Part shown: piece by piece, positions 1-13,294 of the stretch | Position numbering within the stretch: position 1 is the first letter of the stretch | How the letters are laid out: every line of letters starts with the position of its first letter | Assembly: GCA_973895155.1 (NCBI GenBank) | Contig: OZ316892.1 | Location: forward strand, 10,862,320-10,926,319 | Length of the DNA stretch: 64,000 bases | From: Marsupella aquatica | Lineage: Eukaryota; Plantae; Marchantiophyta | Reading direction: 5' to 3' | Program-made: the position numbers and the translations under genes | Notes under the pieces: model-generated | Told to the model about the DNA's origin: nothing | What the model saw: only the letters and a program-made list of their open reading frames with translations | Database searches by the model: none

Positions 1-1408
1 GATCAAAATAAGAGACATGCAAATTTACTCTTTACGTCAATGATTTAAAGTCAAAACATTTGGATAACTAAAACTTTTATTTTGCAGAGAACCATAGAGA
101 TCATGATAAACCTGTCCATATACTGATGTTTTTTTGATGCGTCATTTCATGCATCTTTTGACAAAAACTTCCTAAAACCTTTCTGAAGGGTTCTAGTCAT
201 AAACAAGCATCTTTGTATATGTGTTCAACCTTAGGGGGCAGAGGTCCGAGATGTGCATCATAACCAAGAATTGACCTCTGCCAGCTAACAAGGTCTACTT
301 TTTGAAAAGTAATCGAAGAAATTCATACTCCGGCTTTGGTCAGCAGGAATTTCCATTCAACTTTGGTCAAAGTGAAAACTTTGAAGGTCTGATAGTTTTT
401 CTGGTGCATTGCTTTGACCCACAAAATATACCAGCCATCTCTGGTTAATGGACTTTATGGATAGGTTTAATATGGTGCAACTTTCCTTTCACCTGTCTAA
501 GATTTACATTGTCTTTTTCCAAATAAGCGTGGAATACAGTTTACAACAGGGGCTGGAAAACTTTGATGTTGATCCTAGTCTCAAAGAATCCATCACAATC
601 AATCAACAACCAAAGTTTGCTTGTGGATAAGAGGAGACTCTAAACCCCCTCAAAAAGGGGACATTCAAAGTGTACCTTACCGTGATTATTATTTTCATCA
701 TGGTTTTGTTCAGTTGAGAGTACTCTCGTCCATATAGTCGCTATCAATCCCTATCACATGATCCATTACCCTCACAATTGGGGAGGGGAATCTAGCCTTG
801 TGTTCCACACTCTACACATGAGTTGACATAGCATCGTGAAATTTTCATCATGATCCAAATGCATATGCTATCATATATTCGACCTCTTTCCTTGTCACCA
901 TCCATCATGTGTCCTTCTTGTAAACAGCACCTGGGGATAAGTTCTTTCTTCTCCCAAGAATAATGTTAATGTAGAAACCCTTTGGAAAAACAGCCTGAGG
1001 ACCCAAATTCTTATTTTTGAGATTCGACCAAAGAGTTACTCATTAAGTTATTGTGATGTGAACCAAGTACCAAGCCAGGCTCAATAGAAAAACATTCACA
1101 ATGAAAGCCAAGGCTCATAATGAGCCACATCCCCTGCCCAAACAACTCCTCCCAATGCCTGGTGTCCCTAGAGTTTTCTTAGGTTCACACCAAAGACTTA
1201 CAGTGTACCCCATTTTGAATGGGGTTTGTGTTAAACCATGCCTGCCCTTCAAAAGCTACGGTTACCCGCAGCTACTAGTAACAGTAATTTTTTTCCTGAA
1301 ACTGTGATGTAAAATGTCACGGTAAAGGAAAAGACAAGTGGAATGTGAAAAAGGGGGTCTTGGACACTTCCCCTTGTGTATAGCCAATAGTGGTTTCAAA
1401 AGAGACTA

Positions 1409-1775
1409 CACTGTTCACCGTAATTAGTGTGACTAACACTAATGTGAGATCAACTTGTGAATTAGTGTTCATCACACGAATGTTTGCTAACACTATTTTT
1501 GCACACATGAATTAGTGTTACTATGGTCTCAAGAGTGAATAAAATAGAGGGAAAAACACTGTTTTGAAAAATACACAACAATTAGAGTTACTTTGGACTC
1601 AAGATAGTCCGGTTTTTACTTGCAATATAAACAAAAGTGGAAAAAAACTGTTCAGAAAAAATGACAAAAATTAATGTTACTTGGATTCAAAATTATGTTT
1701 CAAAAAAATAGTGTTAGTAACACTAATTTTGTATTAATGCTAATTCTTGCATAACACTAATTACCTTGAGCAGTG
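1409..1775. mobile_element. MITE, Tc1/mariner-like non-autonomous element (~367 bp)
   Basis: Terminal inverted repeats CACTGTTCACCGTAATTAGTGT and (reverse complement) CACTGCTCAAGGTAATTAGTGT match at 19/22. TA flanks both ends (1407-1408, 1776-1777). The AT-rich interior has repeated AATTAGTGT/ACACTAATT motifs. Confidence 0.6.
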
Positions 1776-3115
1776 TAGGTGTACCTAGCGGGATTTGACC
1801 ACAGACACTACCTCCCACAGAGCTACGCACTATCAGCTAGTGGTACTTAAAGTAAAATTCAGGTCAAACTGCTCAGGCAGCAATCCGTGTAAGGTTGTGT
1901 GAATAGGCTGAACTTGCCTTGAAGTTGCCTCTCATCCTCAATTAGAAAAACATACAAAATTTGTACCGAAGGGCCGCGGAAAAGTACTCAATTATAAGAT
2001 ATGGAGTTTCATGTGGATACGCAACTTGAAACCAAGTCTGCGTAATGGTACTTCTCATGTCATGGTCAATCACCATTAATACCCTAGCCTTTATCCTTGT
2101 GAGGATAAGAGATCATACATGGGACAACTCAAACATGGGTGTTTTGTGCTAGCTGGCATTGCTGTACTTCTGGAGGTTTGTATTTTTAAGGCATTCTTTG
2201 GGCTTCTTGCCCTTATCCCCTTAAAAAATTGTAAAGAAAAAACACCAATAAAAAACATTTAGAGAACTAAAGAGAACCTCCTGGGACTATACAAGGATCA
2301 CCGGATGGACACTTCTTCTTTTCTACTCAGATTTCATCCCAGTTGTCAATTTAGAGTGACGAGTCTGTCTTCACTGTCAAAGACTTCAGGCGGCCGTTTC
2401 AGCTCCTAGTTTGCCCAAGTCTACATGGCAGTTGGTGGGTCCCAATGAGAGTGAAGGCTGAATGGTGACCTACAGTAGACACTGTTTTTGTGACTAAAGC
2501 TTCAGACCACCTGAAGAGGTGGTCTAAACTGTATCCACTCAGCCTCTTGGAATGCAATGATTTCATTCCCCATGCACTAAAATGTAGCCCATCGTATTTG
2601 GTCTGGGAAAAGTATTACTCCGGTCTTATAAACTGCCCCTTACTTAAAATAGTTATTTTCCTAGTTTCCTAGTGGAGTGCACAATCCTTCATGGATATCC
2701 CAAAGCGTGCACGCACATTGAAAGAACAGATTAGATGCCCACTAAAGATACAGCTCGACAACTGGTACTCCGTAGTAATTTATTATTGTTGTTGTGCTGC
2801 TTGGATGTGTCATGTGTGAGGTACCGTTGTCTCACCATGACATAGGGCTGCTCCATGGGTCTAATAAAGTATATATTGTTGAAGGTTCCATTTTGCTGGC
2901 CACAAGCACTACCCCATGTGCATGTTTGCCTCTAAGGTATCGGAGCTGGCCTGAGACTGGCGATGCTGGACATGGCAATACCTTAATTATACCGTGGTTT
3001 GTGGTCTTCAGCCGTGAAACATTATTTAAATTTACTTCCTAGCGACCGTGTTAGGAGGCCAGAATTCTTTCCAGCCAACCTGTTTTCTGAGAGGTGGCTA
3101 TCCAAAATATGTGAC

Positions 3116-3230
3116 TGTGATGATAAGAATGCAATGATGTTTGTATAGTCTGGAATGTTTATACATATAGTGGTGTCGGATGACCGGCTGGTCCGGTCGT
3201 CCGGTCAATGGGAGGAGGTAGAGTCTAACA
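3116..3230 (-). repeat. 3' LTR of the Bianca-like copia
   Basis: Identical to 7380-7494; TG...CA termini; PPT at 3231-3239. Confidence 0.95.
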
Positions 3231-3589
3231 CTCCCCTTTGTATATATAGTGACAACTATATAGACAACATAGACTATACCTATTATATCATGTTCATAGA
3301 AAATACATGATATAAGTACAATAGAGGTAAACTGCCTCGTTAAAAAACCTTTATCAACTCTAGCTAAATAAAAACTATACCATTGTAGCAGAGAAAAAAT
3401 ATGAGTGCTAAAGGAAAAAGAGTGCAGCCTAACAGTCCTCGTCGTAATAAATGTCAATATTAAATAAAGTTAGATGCTATAGTAAATCTAGCTTTAACAT
3501 TTGTCGCAACAGTAGGTCGTCAGCATCATGTCGTCAGCAGCATCAATCGTCATGTGGAGTAGCAGTTTCCACGGTCATCATGCGTCATA

Positions 3590-5942
3590 CGCTCCGCAGT
3601 CCAATCGCCTGGTAGTGTCGGTGATGAACGGCTGGCGATAGTGATTTGGTGAAGAGATCCGCACAGTTGTCTGCACTTGAAATTTGTAAAATGTTGATCT
3701 CTGTTCCATGTAACTCATGGGTGTAGAAGAACTTCGGAGCTATATGCTTTACGCGATCGCCTTTGATGAATCCTTTCGTGATCTGCTATATACATGTTGC
3801 GTTATCCTCAAAAATGTCAGTAGGCTTCGTTAGTGGTGGTAGGCCGCATTTGGTGTTGATGTGATTTATAAAGGATCGTAACCAAACGGCTTCACGACTA
3901 GCCTCGTGTAGGGCTAAGATTTCTGAGTGATTCGATGAGGTTGCTGTTAGGGTCTGTTTCACGCTTTTCCAAGAAAAAGCGGTACCCCCTATAGTAAAAA
4001 CATATCCGGTTTGGGATTTTGCGGTATCAGTGTCGGAAAAATATCCGGCGTCCACATATCCTATGAGTTCGTGGTTTGCACCGAATGGGTAAAATAACCC
4101 TGTATCGGTGGTGCCACGCAGATACCTAAATACGTGCTTAACTCCGTTCTAGTGTCTGGCTGTGGGAGTTGCACTGTGTCTAGCTAGTAAGTTAACTGCA
4201 AATGCAATGTCTGGTCGGGTCTGATTTGCTAAATACATTAATGCTCCTATCGCAGAAAGATATGGAGTTTTTGGTCCTAATATTGGTTCATGTTCTTCGC
4301 GCTTGCGAAAAACGTCAGTATTGTTTTCTAATGAACGTACTACCATTGGTGACGTCAATGGGTGTGCTAGGTTCATATTGAATTGTTTTAGGATCTTTTC
4401 GGTTTGTGTTGTTTGATGGAGCATCATGCCAGTAGGTAAGATCTCCAGTTGTAAGCCTAAGCAAAAGTTTGTATGTCCAAGGTCTTTCATCTCAAATGTT
4501 GATTTAAGACGAGTAATAGTATCTTCTATAATTTGGGGTGTCCCAAATATGTTTAAGTCATCGACATAAATAGAAACGATGACATATTCGTCATCCATAT
4601 GTTTAATAAATAAACATGGGGTAATTGCATCATGGGAAAACCCATGGCAATCATTTTATCAGTGAATCTTTGATACCATACTCTGCCACTTTGTTTCAGG
4701 CCATATAATGCCTTCAACACGCGGATAGCTAGTCCACGATGAGTATTCGGTACGGTTGACACAGGGGTGTCATTGTTATGAGTTACATGTGTAGATGACA
4801 CATGAGGTGTAACTTGAGATAATTGTTTTATAATCTTATGTAAATATGGAATATGCGATGTAGCGCCTTGAGCTAAAGCTCGGCGACGTTGCTCCAACTC
4901 GGGAGGTGATCGCATGTATAGACAAGTGTCTAAAGTTCCATATAGATATGCGGTCGCAACATCCAGTTGTCGCATCTGTAGTTTATGGAAAATGGCAAAT
5001 CCGATAAGGTATCGGAATGTTGTGCTATCCATAACCGGTGAGTAAGTTTCATCGTAATGAATTCCCGGTTGTTGGGTAAATCCTTTCCCTACCAGACGTG
5101 CTTTGTAGCGTACAACCTGGCCTTTATCATTTCTTTTGCGGACGAAGGTCGACTTGTAGCCAATGAGGTGTACGTCTTGCGGTGTTGGCTCAACTGGGCC
5201 AAAAGTGTGTCTGCTTAGTAGGGAATCTAATTCTCCGTTGATAGCTTTTTGCCATTCAGGCCAATCTTGTTTGTTTTGGCATTCTAAGATGGATATTGGT
5301 TCGGGTGTATCGTTAGTGATATGTGTTGCCACCATTAATGCAAAAGCATCATCTATTGAAGTAATATTTCTATCCCACATCGCACCGGTGTGTGAGTAGT
5401 GGATAGAGACCTCTTCATGAGTTGTAGATTCAGTATGATCGACATCAAGTGAATGGGGTATAGATGAACTACGCCTTCTTGGTTGTTTATCTTTTGATCC
5501 CAAGGGTCTGCCACGTTTGGTACGAGGCTGAGATGTACTTGCTGGCTCACTTGATAATTCGATGCGAGCAGATGCTCTCGCAGCTGGAATATGTGAGCGG
5601 CTAACTTGTGATGTATCGACAAAAGCGTCGGGAAGTTCTTCCACAATCTTGTGGAGTTGTAAAATTCATTGAACTTCTTTCTCCCCTTGATTGGTTCTAA
5701 GGTCTTGCCAAAATGGCGAATGTCTTTCCCACTCCAAAGGTGGTTGTGGGTGTGCAGGGGTTATTAATGGTGGGTAAATATGCTCATCAAAATGGCAATC
5801 TAGAAATCTAGCTTTAAAAACATCACCCGTTATAGGCTCCATATATCTTATGATGGATGGGGAGTCGAATCCGATGTATATCTAGGTAGTTGCCACCATC
5901 GATTTCTAGGGCTGGAAAGGTTAGTTTCTCAAGGTTGGCCAT
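3590..5942 (-). pseudogene. Disrupted gag-pol: about 20 gag codons fused to the post-integrase linker, RT and RNaseH
   Basis: ATG 5942 starts MANLEKLTFPALEIDGGNYL (Bianca-type gag start), which joins directly at ~5881 to YIGFDSPSIIRYMEP. ORFs 4553-5644, 4149-4598 and 3786-4055 are RT/RNaseH pieces separated by a frameshift and stops. The 3' end coordinate is approximate. Confidence 0.88.
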
Positions 5943-7360
5943 CTCTAAGGGTCCTAGCGTTCAGCGGTGGTGTGCGTGTTTATATAATATATATATAGTC
6001 AAAAGACAATGCACATTTGCCGCATGCAATGGTGGAAAAAGGGTTGAGGAGGGCAATCTAAGTCATTGGGGAGTAGAGCAAGAATGATTGGGTTTTTGCA
6101 GAATTTAGGGTTTGCACTTAGTAAGTTGGTTTTCTTTGTATATGTATAACTGCATGCTCTTCTTTGTATTTTAGGTTTCCTTTGTATTTTTGGTGCTGTT
6201 ATCCAGTTGTGCACTTAGGGTTGCAGTTATGTGTTTGAGTGCTCTTCTTCCTTTGTTATTTCTAGTTCCATTGGAAATGAGTTGCGCTTAGGGATGGATT
6301 GGTGGTTAGGTAATTTATCTCGTGAGGCTATGGTACCCCTCTCGATCTGGTTTGCCTTCACGATCTCCTTCAATGTCTTGGCTATGGCCGATTGCTTGGT
6401 TCTTCTCGCCCTTCCTCGCTTTGCCCTCTCTTCCTCCTTCGATGGCGTCCTCGGGCACTTCTTTCTTCCTTCTTGAAGTTAGTCTACTGCATGGTCCTTC
6501 TTCTTGTCGATGGTCCGAGTTGGGGTGCGTAGCCACCTCTACTGCTTGCTCGCTTATGGACTTGCCTGCTGTCGGTCTCACCTGTCTTTTACTCCATCGG
6601 CTGTCATTCAAATTGGCAGTGTACACTTCCCGAGTTGGTTACTAATTCATTTAGAATTTCAAGAGAGGTCTAATTGAATTGAAACGAGCATCCACTTCTC
6701 TGCTTTTTGCGCAGCCTGATCAGCTGAGTCACATGTATTCCTTGGGTCTCAATTACTTCCTTATCAATCTCCTTTAATCTTAATTGCTCTCAGTCCCGAT
6801 CGATTTCTTCAATCGATCCTCTTTCGTCATTCCCTGTTGCCTCAGTAATTCTCTCGCGCTCCATTGTTCTGAACTTAATTGAGTGATTGTCAGCCGTCTT
6901 GTGAATTGGAGGGTTCTGAATTCATGAACCGAGAGTTACTGATTCAATCTGCTTTTTTATCGATCCTTTTCTTTGCATCCCTCATGTATCGCCTTATGAA
7001 TGCGAGTTCTTTTCTCATCAATTCTTCCCTAGAATTTACTGAAGATCCACTATGTCCTTATCAGTTTCTGTTTGCCTTCGTGGTGTCCTACTGATTGGGT
7101 CTCGTAGCATTCAATTTTCTTCTAATTTTGTTCTTATCAATTTTCGATCTCCATAGGCCTTTGAAAGAAAAGTTCATGGCCTTCTTGTTTTGCTGCTGTC
7201 TTGTCTTCGTTGCGGGAGGGTGCGAAAGTATTGATTCACTTTTCCCAAAAACGAGTCTGCCTTTCTCCTTCGTCAATCACGCTTTATCCTACATTCTACA
7301 TTAAAAAAATTTGTCAATCTTCCATAGTCTTCTTTTCTTTCTTCCTTGCTCCGCTTGTTG

Positions 7361-7378
7361 AGCTCTCGTACTGATAAT
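7361..7378 (-). promoter_or_regulatory. Primer binding site, half-tRNA-Ile type (TTATCAGTACGAGAG)
   Basis: Lies immediately inside the 5' LTR. Resembles the TTATCAGCACG PBS of Bianca elements (complement of the tRNA-Ile anticodon arm) rather than the TGG 3'-end type. Confidence 0.7.
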
Positions 7379-7379
7379 G

Positions 7380-7494
7380 TGTGATGATAAGAATGCAATG
7401 ATGTTTGTATAGTCTGGAATGTTTATACATATAGTGGTGTCGGATGACCGGCTGGTCCGGTCGTCCGGTCAATGGGAGGAGGTAGAGTCTAACA
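7380..7494 (-). repeat. 5' LTR of the Bianca-like copia
   Basis: Identical to 3116-3230. Confidence 0.95.
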
Positions 7495-10400
7495 GTGACT
7501 GATTTCAGCGGAAAATTATTTGTTTTCCATAGCATTTTGCCTCATCCAATTTCTTTCACGCAGTTACATCTTGGTTTTTATTTTCTTCACAATTTCAAGA
7601 AAAGGTCAGCATATTTCTACGCATCAGAACTTGTGTGTTGAGTGCCAAAATTTCTTTAATTAATGCAAGACCATAATTATGCCTATGAAGGGGGGGGGGG
7701 GTGGGCCGGCGGGGAAGGCGGGGAATGTGTTTGCAGGTCCATTGTGCTTGTTTGTCTACTACTTCACATAGTCACCTTACTACACTAAGATCTGTTGAGA
7801 TCAGAGATGAGGAGGTTGTAGGCAAGGTTTCCCAAGACAAAGGTAGCGGACTGGACAGTCAGAAATATCACCATAAACTGCTTCTGTGGTCGACTGTAGA
7901 GTGTTATGGTACTCTGCCCTTTGCAGTTCCTTGTAGGTGATCGATGTGAAATGACCCCTAACCTGGGTGTTTAGAAACTGCAAACCTTTTGTTCTTCCTG
8001 CCTGTTGTCACTAGCTGTTCCTGTTCAAGTGGCCTTCGGTAAACTCTTGTGAAAACACATCCGCCCTAACTTTGAGTCCCACTAATAATACATCCTCCTA
8101 CTCATAGCATGTGACTGGTAAAGGAACCCTTTAGTCTATAACTTGGGCCTGCATCTTCGCTCCCTCTAGGTGAATTATTGGAGGTGTGGTGCATCACGTT
8201 ACTGGTTTTGTTTAATGTTTTCAGGGTATTTGTTCCCCTCATTGCAGCTTGCCAATGATATCATGATTTTTGAAAGTTTATTATATGAGACTCATTGGGG
8301 AAAAGAACCCAACCACCATGTCTGACACAGAACTCAGATAGACCATTGAAACTCGGATAGACCACTTTCAAAGACTATGTCACACTCAAATAGTATTTTG
8401 TATGATTCATGGTCAAATGCTAGGGTCCATTCGAAGGTCAGCTTTGACTCAGTGTAGGAGTAAACAGAAAACTGTCAAGGTGATTTTGTACCCTTTTCTG
8501 ACCCAAAATCAGTTATAAACTCAACTACGTTTATTTGATGAGGATTGCAATACAAGATCAAACGAAGGGATCTTCAGATGCGCATGATTCAATCCAAGAT
8601 CAAAGGAAGGGATCGTGAGATCCTCATTTGGGAGTATATTCCCAAGGATGTTTGATGTCTTATCTAAGCCAGGCATCGCCTTTTTGCACTTTAACTGCCA
8701 AAAGACAGGAACATCACAATGGGAACCAGGTTTAACTGTCTACTGATTTCTCCATAGGTTCTTTACATGTCTAATGTATATTTCATTTTTCGTGCAGTCA
8801 AATTGAGTAAGAGTTGGCTGAAAGAAAGGTAAATCCTCTTGACAAATAAAAGTTATTGTTAATATCAATAACATATAGGGAGACTCAAATATCCAACCAT
8901 TTTGGATACTTCCGAGAGGACTTCCAGTCTCCCTGAAAATGGCAGGCCCCCTTTTTACTTTTCTAAACAGTCCCTTTCAACAACAATAACCGCAACAACC
9001 GTGTATTAGATAAGAATAAAAACTGCTCAATTTTGGACTGTGAGGCGTCTGCTCCAAAGTCATTCATTTCAGCTTTAGCTTGTATCAGAATCCTATGCAC
9101 AAACCATTTGAGATGGAATCCTTAGCTGTTGCACACGTGAGTATTTAAGCAGTCAAGGGAAAGCATCAAAGGAGCAGGGATGAGTTCCTAGCAAGCTCCG
9201 CCTGGACACCATGGCCTTGCATTGGTGGTACGTCCAAGATCATCAAGGGTGCCTGCACGGGTAATTGTGGGGCAGCAAAAACACCTTGCAAAGTTGCCGG
9301 ACCACAAGTTGGATAAGGGTGTGATCAGGACTCTTTGATCACAATTAGATTTGCAGACGTACATGGATGCACTTGAGTAAGACAAGCCTTTGATGTGGTA
9401 CACTAATTGAAATCGGCGATGGATTAGGCAGGGCGTAGGGTCATGGGACAATGCATATGCCATGATCAATTGTGTGCGGTTTGGTTTTCAAGCTTGGTAC
9501 TTTCTTTGAATGTTGGCCTGTCAATATACTCTTTGCACTTTCGTTTAAATTTTTACTCACCTTTCGAAAGCCCCTTTGCTTCCTTTTGCTTTATGGTTTG
9601 GTTTGATGTACTTTTTGTATGCATTGAAAATTCCAAGGAAGAGACTTTTCCACAACTTTTACCTTCTTCTTTGGACACACATAGGCCTCGAACTACACGA
9701 GTTCAGGGCACCTCCATACCAGTTAACATGAGCATTCAAAGGGTTAAACTAAGGACCGTGAACGCTTGGCCTATCAATCCTGATTTGGTGTATCTTAGTT
9801 TGCCTGTAAGTCTTTCTGTTCGCCCTTTTTCAGTAAATTCTTTCTCCGTATACCTTTTCTCTTCTTATTTGCATAAAGTTCCACATACAATAAAGGAAAC
9901 GACCTTGATTGGACTGCTTTGGCTCTGTGTTCTTAGCTACAATATCCTATGGTCATTCAAAGCAAAAGATCTTCCAGTTAAATTATGAGACCTACTCAAC
10001 CCACTTCAAAAGCGTTGGAGAAAACAAGAGAGGTGGAATGCACAAACTACATATTAGATTACAAAAGAACAGAAAGCTCCCAACCAGACCCCAAAAGCAG
10101 GAGACCCAACAGAGGAGAGAAACAAGGGAAAATATATCTCAAACTACCAAAAAGACAGAATTACCAAACCCGGAGACATGATCCCAAAGTCAGAAGGCCC
10201 AATAAAAGGAAGAAGAAGTGAAAGACCCCAAAGGACTAAAGAGGCCCAACAAACCAAGGGAAGACCAGAAAGTCAAAAAGCCCAAGAGCCAACAAACCCG
10301 TGAGTCTAGACAATACCTATTTGTAACCACTAAATCCATTCCTCGAGACTAAGCCGAAAAGCTCTAAAACAAAATAGGGCCTTCGAAGTTTTTAAAAGGG

Positions 10401-10654
10401 GCCTTGTATTTGGGAAATTTGGTTTTGAAAGTGAAACACAAAGAAAAAGCCATGAAAAGACAAGAATGAAAAAAGAACTCGAAACTCAGAAAACGTCCCA
10501 ACCCACAAGAGAACCGTAAGTACAACAGTCCCGTAGTCCTTCTCCCGTGAAAGCGCACGGCAAACCCTCCCGGACGGGAGCGGGCTCGACGGGGCGGGAA
10601 TAGCGTTCCCGTTGACACGGTGGACCAAAAGCGCCATCTCCAGCCAGCGTGAGA

Positions 10655-10730
10655 GCGGCACGTGGGACCGCTCCCACGACCCACACTGTTGCTGGAGGGT
10701 GACAGCCAATCAGCGCATGTATATAATCTG
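10655..10730 (+). promoter_or_regulatory. Possible Pol II core promoter (G-box, CCAAT, TATA)
   Basis: GGCACGTGG at ~10657, CCAATCA at ~10706 and TATATAA at ~10720 occur in order, followed by CT-rich leader-like sequence. No CDS could be assigned. Confidence 0.3.
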
Positions 10731-13294
10731 GCAGCAAGGACTCCGAATCACGACCACGCCAACCCATCTCAGACCAGACTATTATCATTATTGCCCGTCG
10801 TTCACCCGCTCTCCCGTCGGTGAATCGGTGCTCTGATGCTCTCCCCCTCGAGTCTCGTGCTCATCGATCCAGTCACCCTTTATCGGATGTTTGTCTGAAT
10901 TCTCAAGCTGTTTCCACGGGTGCAGATCCTGCAGCTTTCCCGGATTGACCTGTTTCTCGTTAGTGTTGTTTTCCGGGCTTGCGTCGCCGGAATTGTGAGC
11001 CAAAGCAGCTGCTGCTACAGTCTGTTGCTTGGTGGGCTCCGTCCGTCTGTAATTCTGTATCATTCGATTTTTGAGTGTTCTTGCATTGTCGATGTCTTTT
11101 GTTGTCTCCCCTTGTATCTAATCTGCGGATCTGCTCGATCCTCGTTCCTGGCGTAGAAGGAGAGGTTGTAATTCCGATTTGATGTTGTTCTTCGTGTTGC
11201 TGTCAATTTCTGTTTCTCTGGTTGTCGCTCAGTCGATCAGCTTGTGAGAATCATTCCACTCCGACTCCCGTTGGTGATTGTGCCGTCGATCTTTGGTGTC
11301 CGACTGATTCTTCGGCTTGCATTAGCTCGGCACACCTGTCTGTCCTTCGTGCTCATCTAAGTAGCGGTCTTCCGTTTGGTGCGATTTTCACTTTGGACCC
11401 TGCGGGAGGTGAAGCGTTGCACTTTGTTGCTCGACTGTCGAGCCTCTTTCTCAATTCTACCGTGGCTGTTGTCTTTCTTGGAGGGCACCGGAGCTAACTA
11501 GATATAGCTACAGGAGCTACAGGAGATACAGTTACTACCAGCCAACAAGACACGAGTAGCATCTCGCTCGCAAGACGATAGAGCATATAAGCACCGGAAT
11601 GCTCACTGATCTAGGTTTGTTTCGGAACCCCTTACGTCTACATGGCGAGGTAGAGATCACGTAAGCGGAACGAAAGAGAGTAGATTCGCAAAACAAGCAA
11701 AACAATGCTGCGATAACATCATCCAGAGAGGGAGAGAGAGCATGAGAGTGCAAATCATGAAGTGAATATGAAGAACGTGTTTGTGTGACACCATCAAACT
11801 ACACCAGAGTCGGAAAGGCCGTGGGATAGTGCCTGACTGCCTGCCTACCTGCCTCCTCCTCCTGACCTGGCGCAGGTGCTCGAAGAGCTCGAAATTTAAT
11901 GCGGGGCCTACTATTATAGTTTTTGTTTCAGGAGAATCGCAGTACCTACCCACTGTACCCATAACGTGTACCACCACCGCACTCATACCGTCCCGCCTGA
12001 TTGCTCATCCATTCAACGACTCCGGTAGAGTCCTGCGGTCTTACTCAAAGTACCGTAGAAGGGTGTACACGTATCTGGGGAATTTGAGGGACGTTTCACA
12101 GAATCGGGGAAAGCTTTTTGTTCGGCTGGCCAAAGTTGACTGTTGTAGACGTTGAGGGTAGGGCCTAGTGTAGCTGATTGAGTCCTACAACGTGGGAGGA
12201 GGGGAGACGGGGAGCACTGCAGGGGTGGGACCGTGGGAGCAGGAAAGGGGGAGGGCGGAGAGGAGTGTGGGGGGAGGGAGCGGAAGGTCGAGTGGTTGGG
12301 GCAATTAAATTGGGGTCACGAGCAACGTTGTTTTTTTTTTTCCTCCGTCCGGGCAAGGTTTCTCTGCGACGACTGCTCTGCTCTCATCCGCTCTGTTCCA
12401 TTTTGTGCATTGTTTGCGGGTTCCTGGCCGGTGGTGGCATTGCATCTGCCGTGCGCCTGGCTGGCTCTGTCGTTGGGGCAAGCAATAAAGTGTGAGTTGG
12501 GGGAATTTCGGGTGCTTGGGAATTTCCATCTGTCTGCCACGGAGAAGATTGCGAGGAGTGTGATCGGTAGATTGGTTGGGACGGGATAGAGGTGGGGGAG
12601 GAGGTAGGGGAGGGAGGATTAATTTGGGTTTCGTTTACCTTGTTAGGGTTGCGAGATTGGTGCATTGGGGAAGAGGCTTTTAGATTGGGACGGGGTGGAA
12701 GGGCCTGACTAGATCTTATCTGTGCGAAGTAGCTCTCTTCCACTTCATTAGATAAGGTGGAGGGCAGAGAGTGAGAGATCGATATAAGAAAAATTTGATC
12801 GACCGAATTGAGATCCTGATCTACCTCTGTCTTTGTGCCATCTGCTGGGAGCGGACGCAGTTTGCAATTTGCTGTGACCCCATCCTCATGCGCGTGGCTG
12901 TCTGATCTATATTTGAGAGAAGACACGTGACGATTTTGCCAGTGAAGAGACTCTTCTCCCGATAAGAGATCCATCGCAAGCAGTAAGGTGTAGTCTTCTC
13001 GTCGGAGGAGACCTATCTAAAAGCTGCTGCTGTGCGGGTTGACATTACAAAGCATCCAGTTTTCATCAAATCTGTATCTGAGTGCTCGTCGTGGTAGGTG
13101 TGACCTGGAAGAGTTGTTCATACTGTTGATTCGGAGCACGAAATTCTGTTACTCTCTCGCTCTCTCTCGCTCGTGGTGAGGAGACGGAGAGGTCTCATCT
13201 GACGCAACGGGTGGGGTCTTCAGTGGAATCTTTCGCGAAGGGTGCAGCTGATCGAGTGCGTTCTCCGGGTGACAGAGCCGGGGGAGGAGAGGAG

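Larger units (their letters stand above)
3116..7494 (-). mobile_element. Ty1/copia LTR retrotransposon, Bianca-like, internally deleted (non-autonomous)
   Basis: Identical 115-bp TG...CA LTRs at 3116-3230 and 7380-7494, with 5-bp TSD GTGAC (3111-3115, 7495-7499). PPT AAAGGGGAG adjoins the 3' LTR. RT and RNaseH motifs are typical of Bianca (DVATAYLYGTLD, YVDDL, YLSAIGALMYLAN, SNHSEILALHEASRE). Confidence 0.95.

Noticed and set aside
9443-10221. ORFs of 181, 90 and 78 aa
   Set aside because: Compositionally biased with no motifs; probably old repeat-derived sequence.
12940-13012. Possible miRNA-like hairpin (TCTCCCGATAAGAGA...TCTCGTCGGAGGAGA)
   Set aside because: The stem is short and imperfect, with no match to a miRNA family I recognise.
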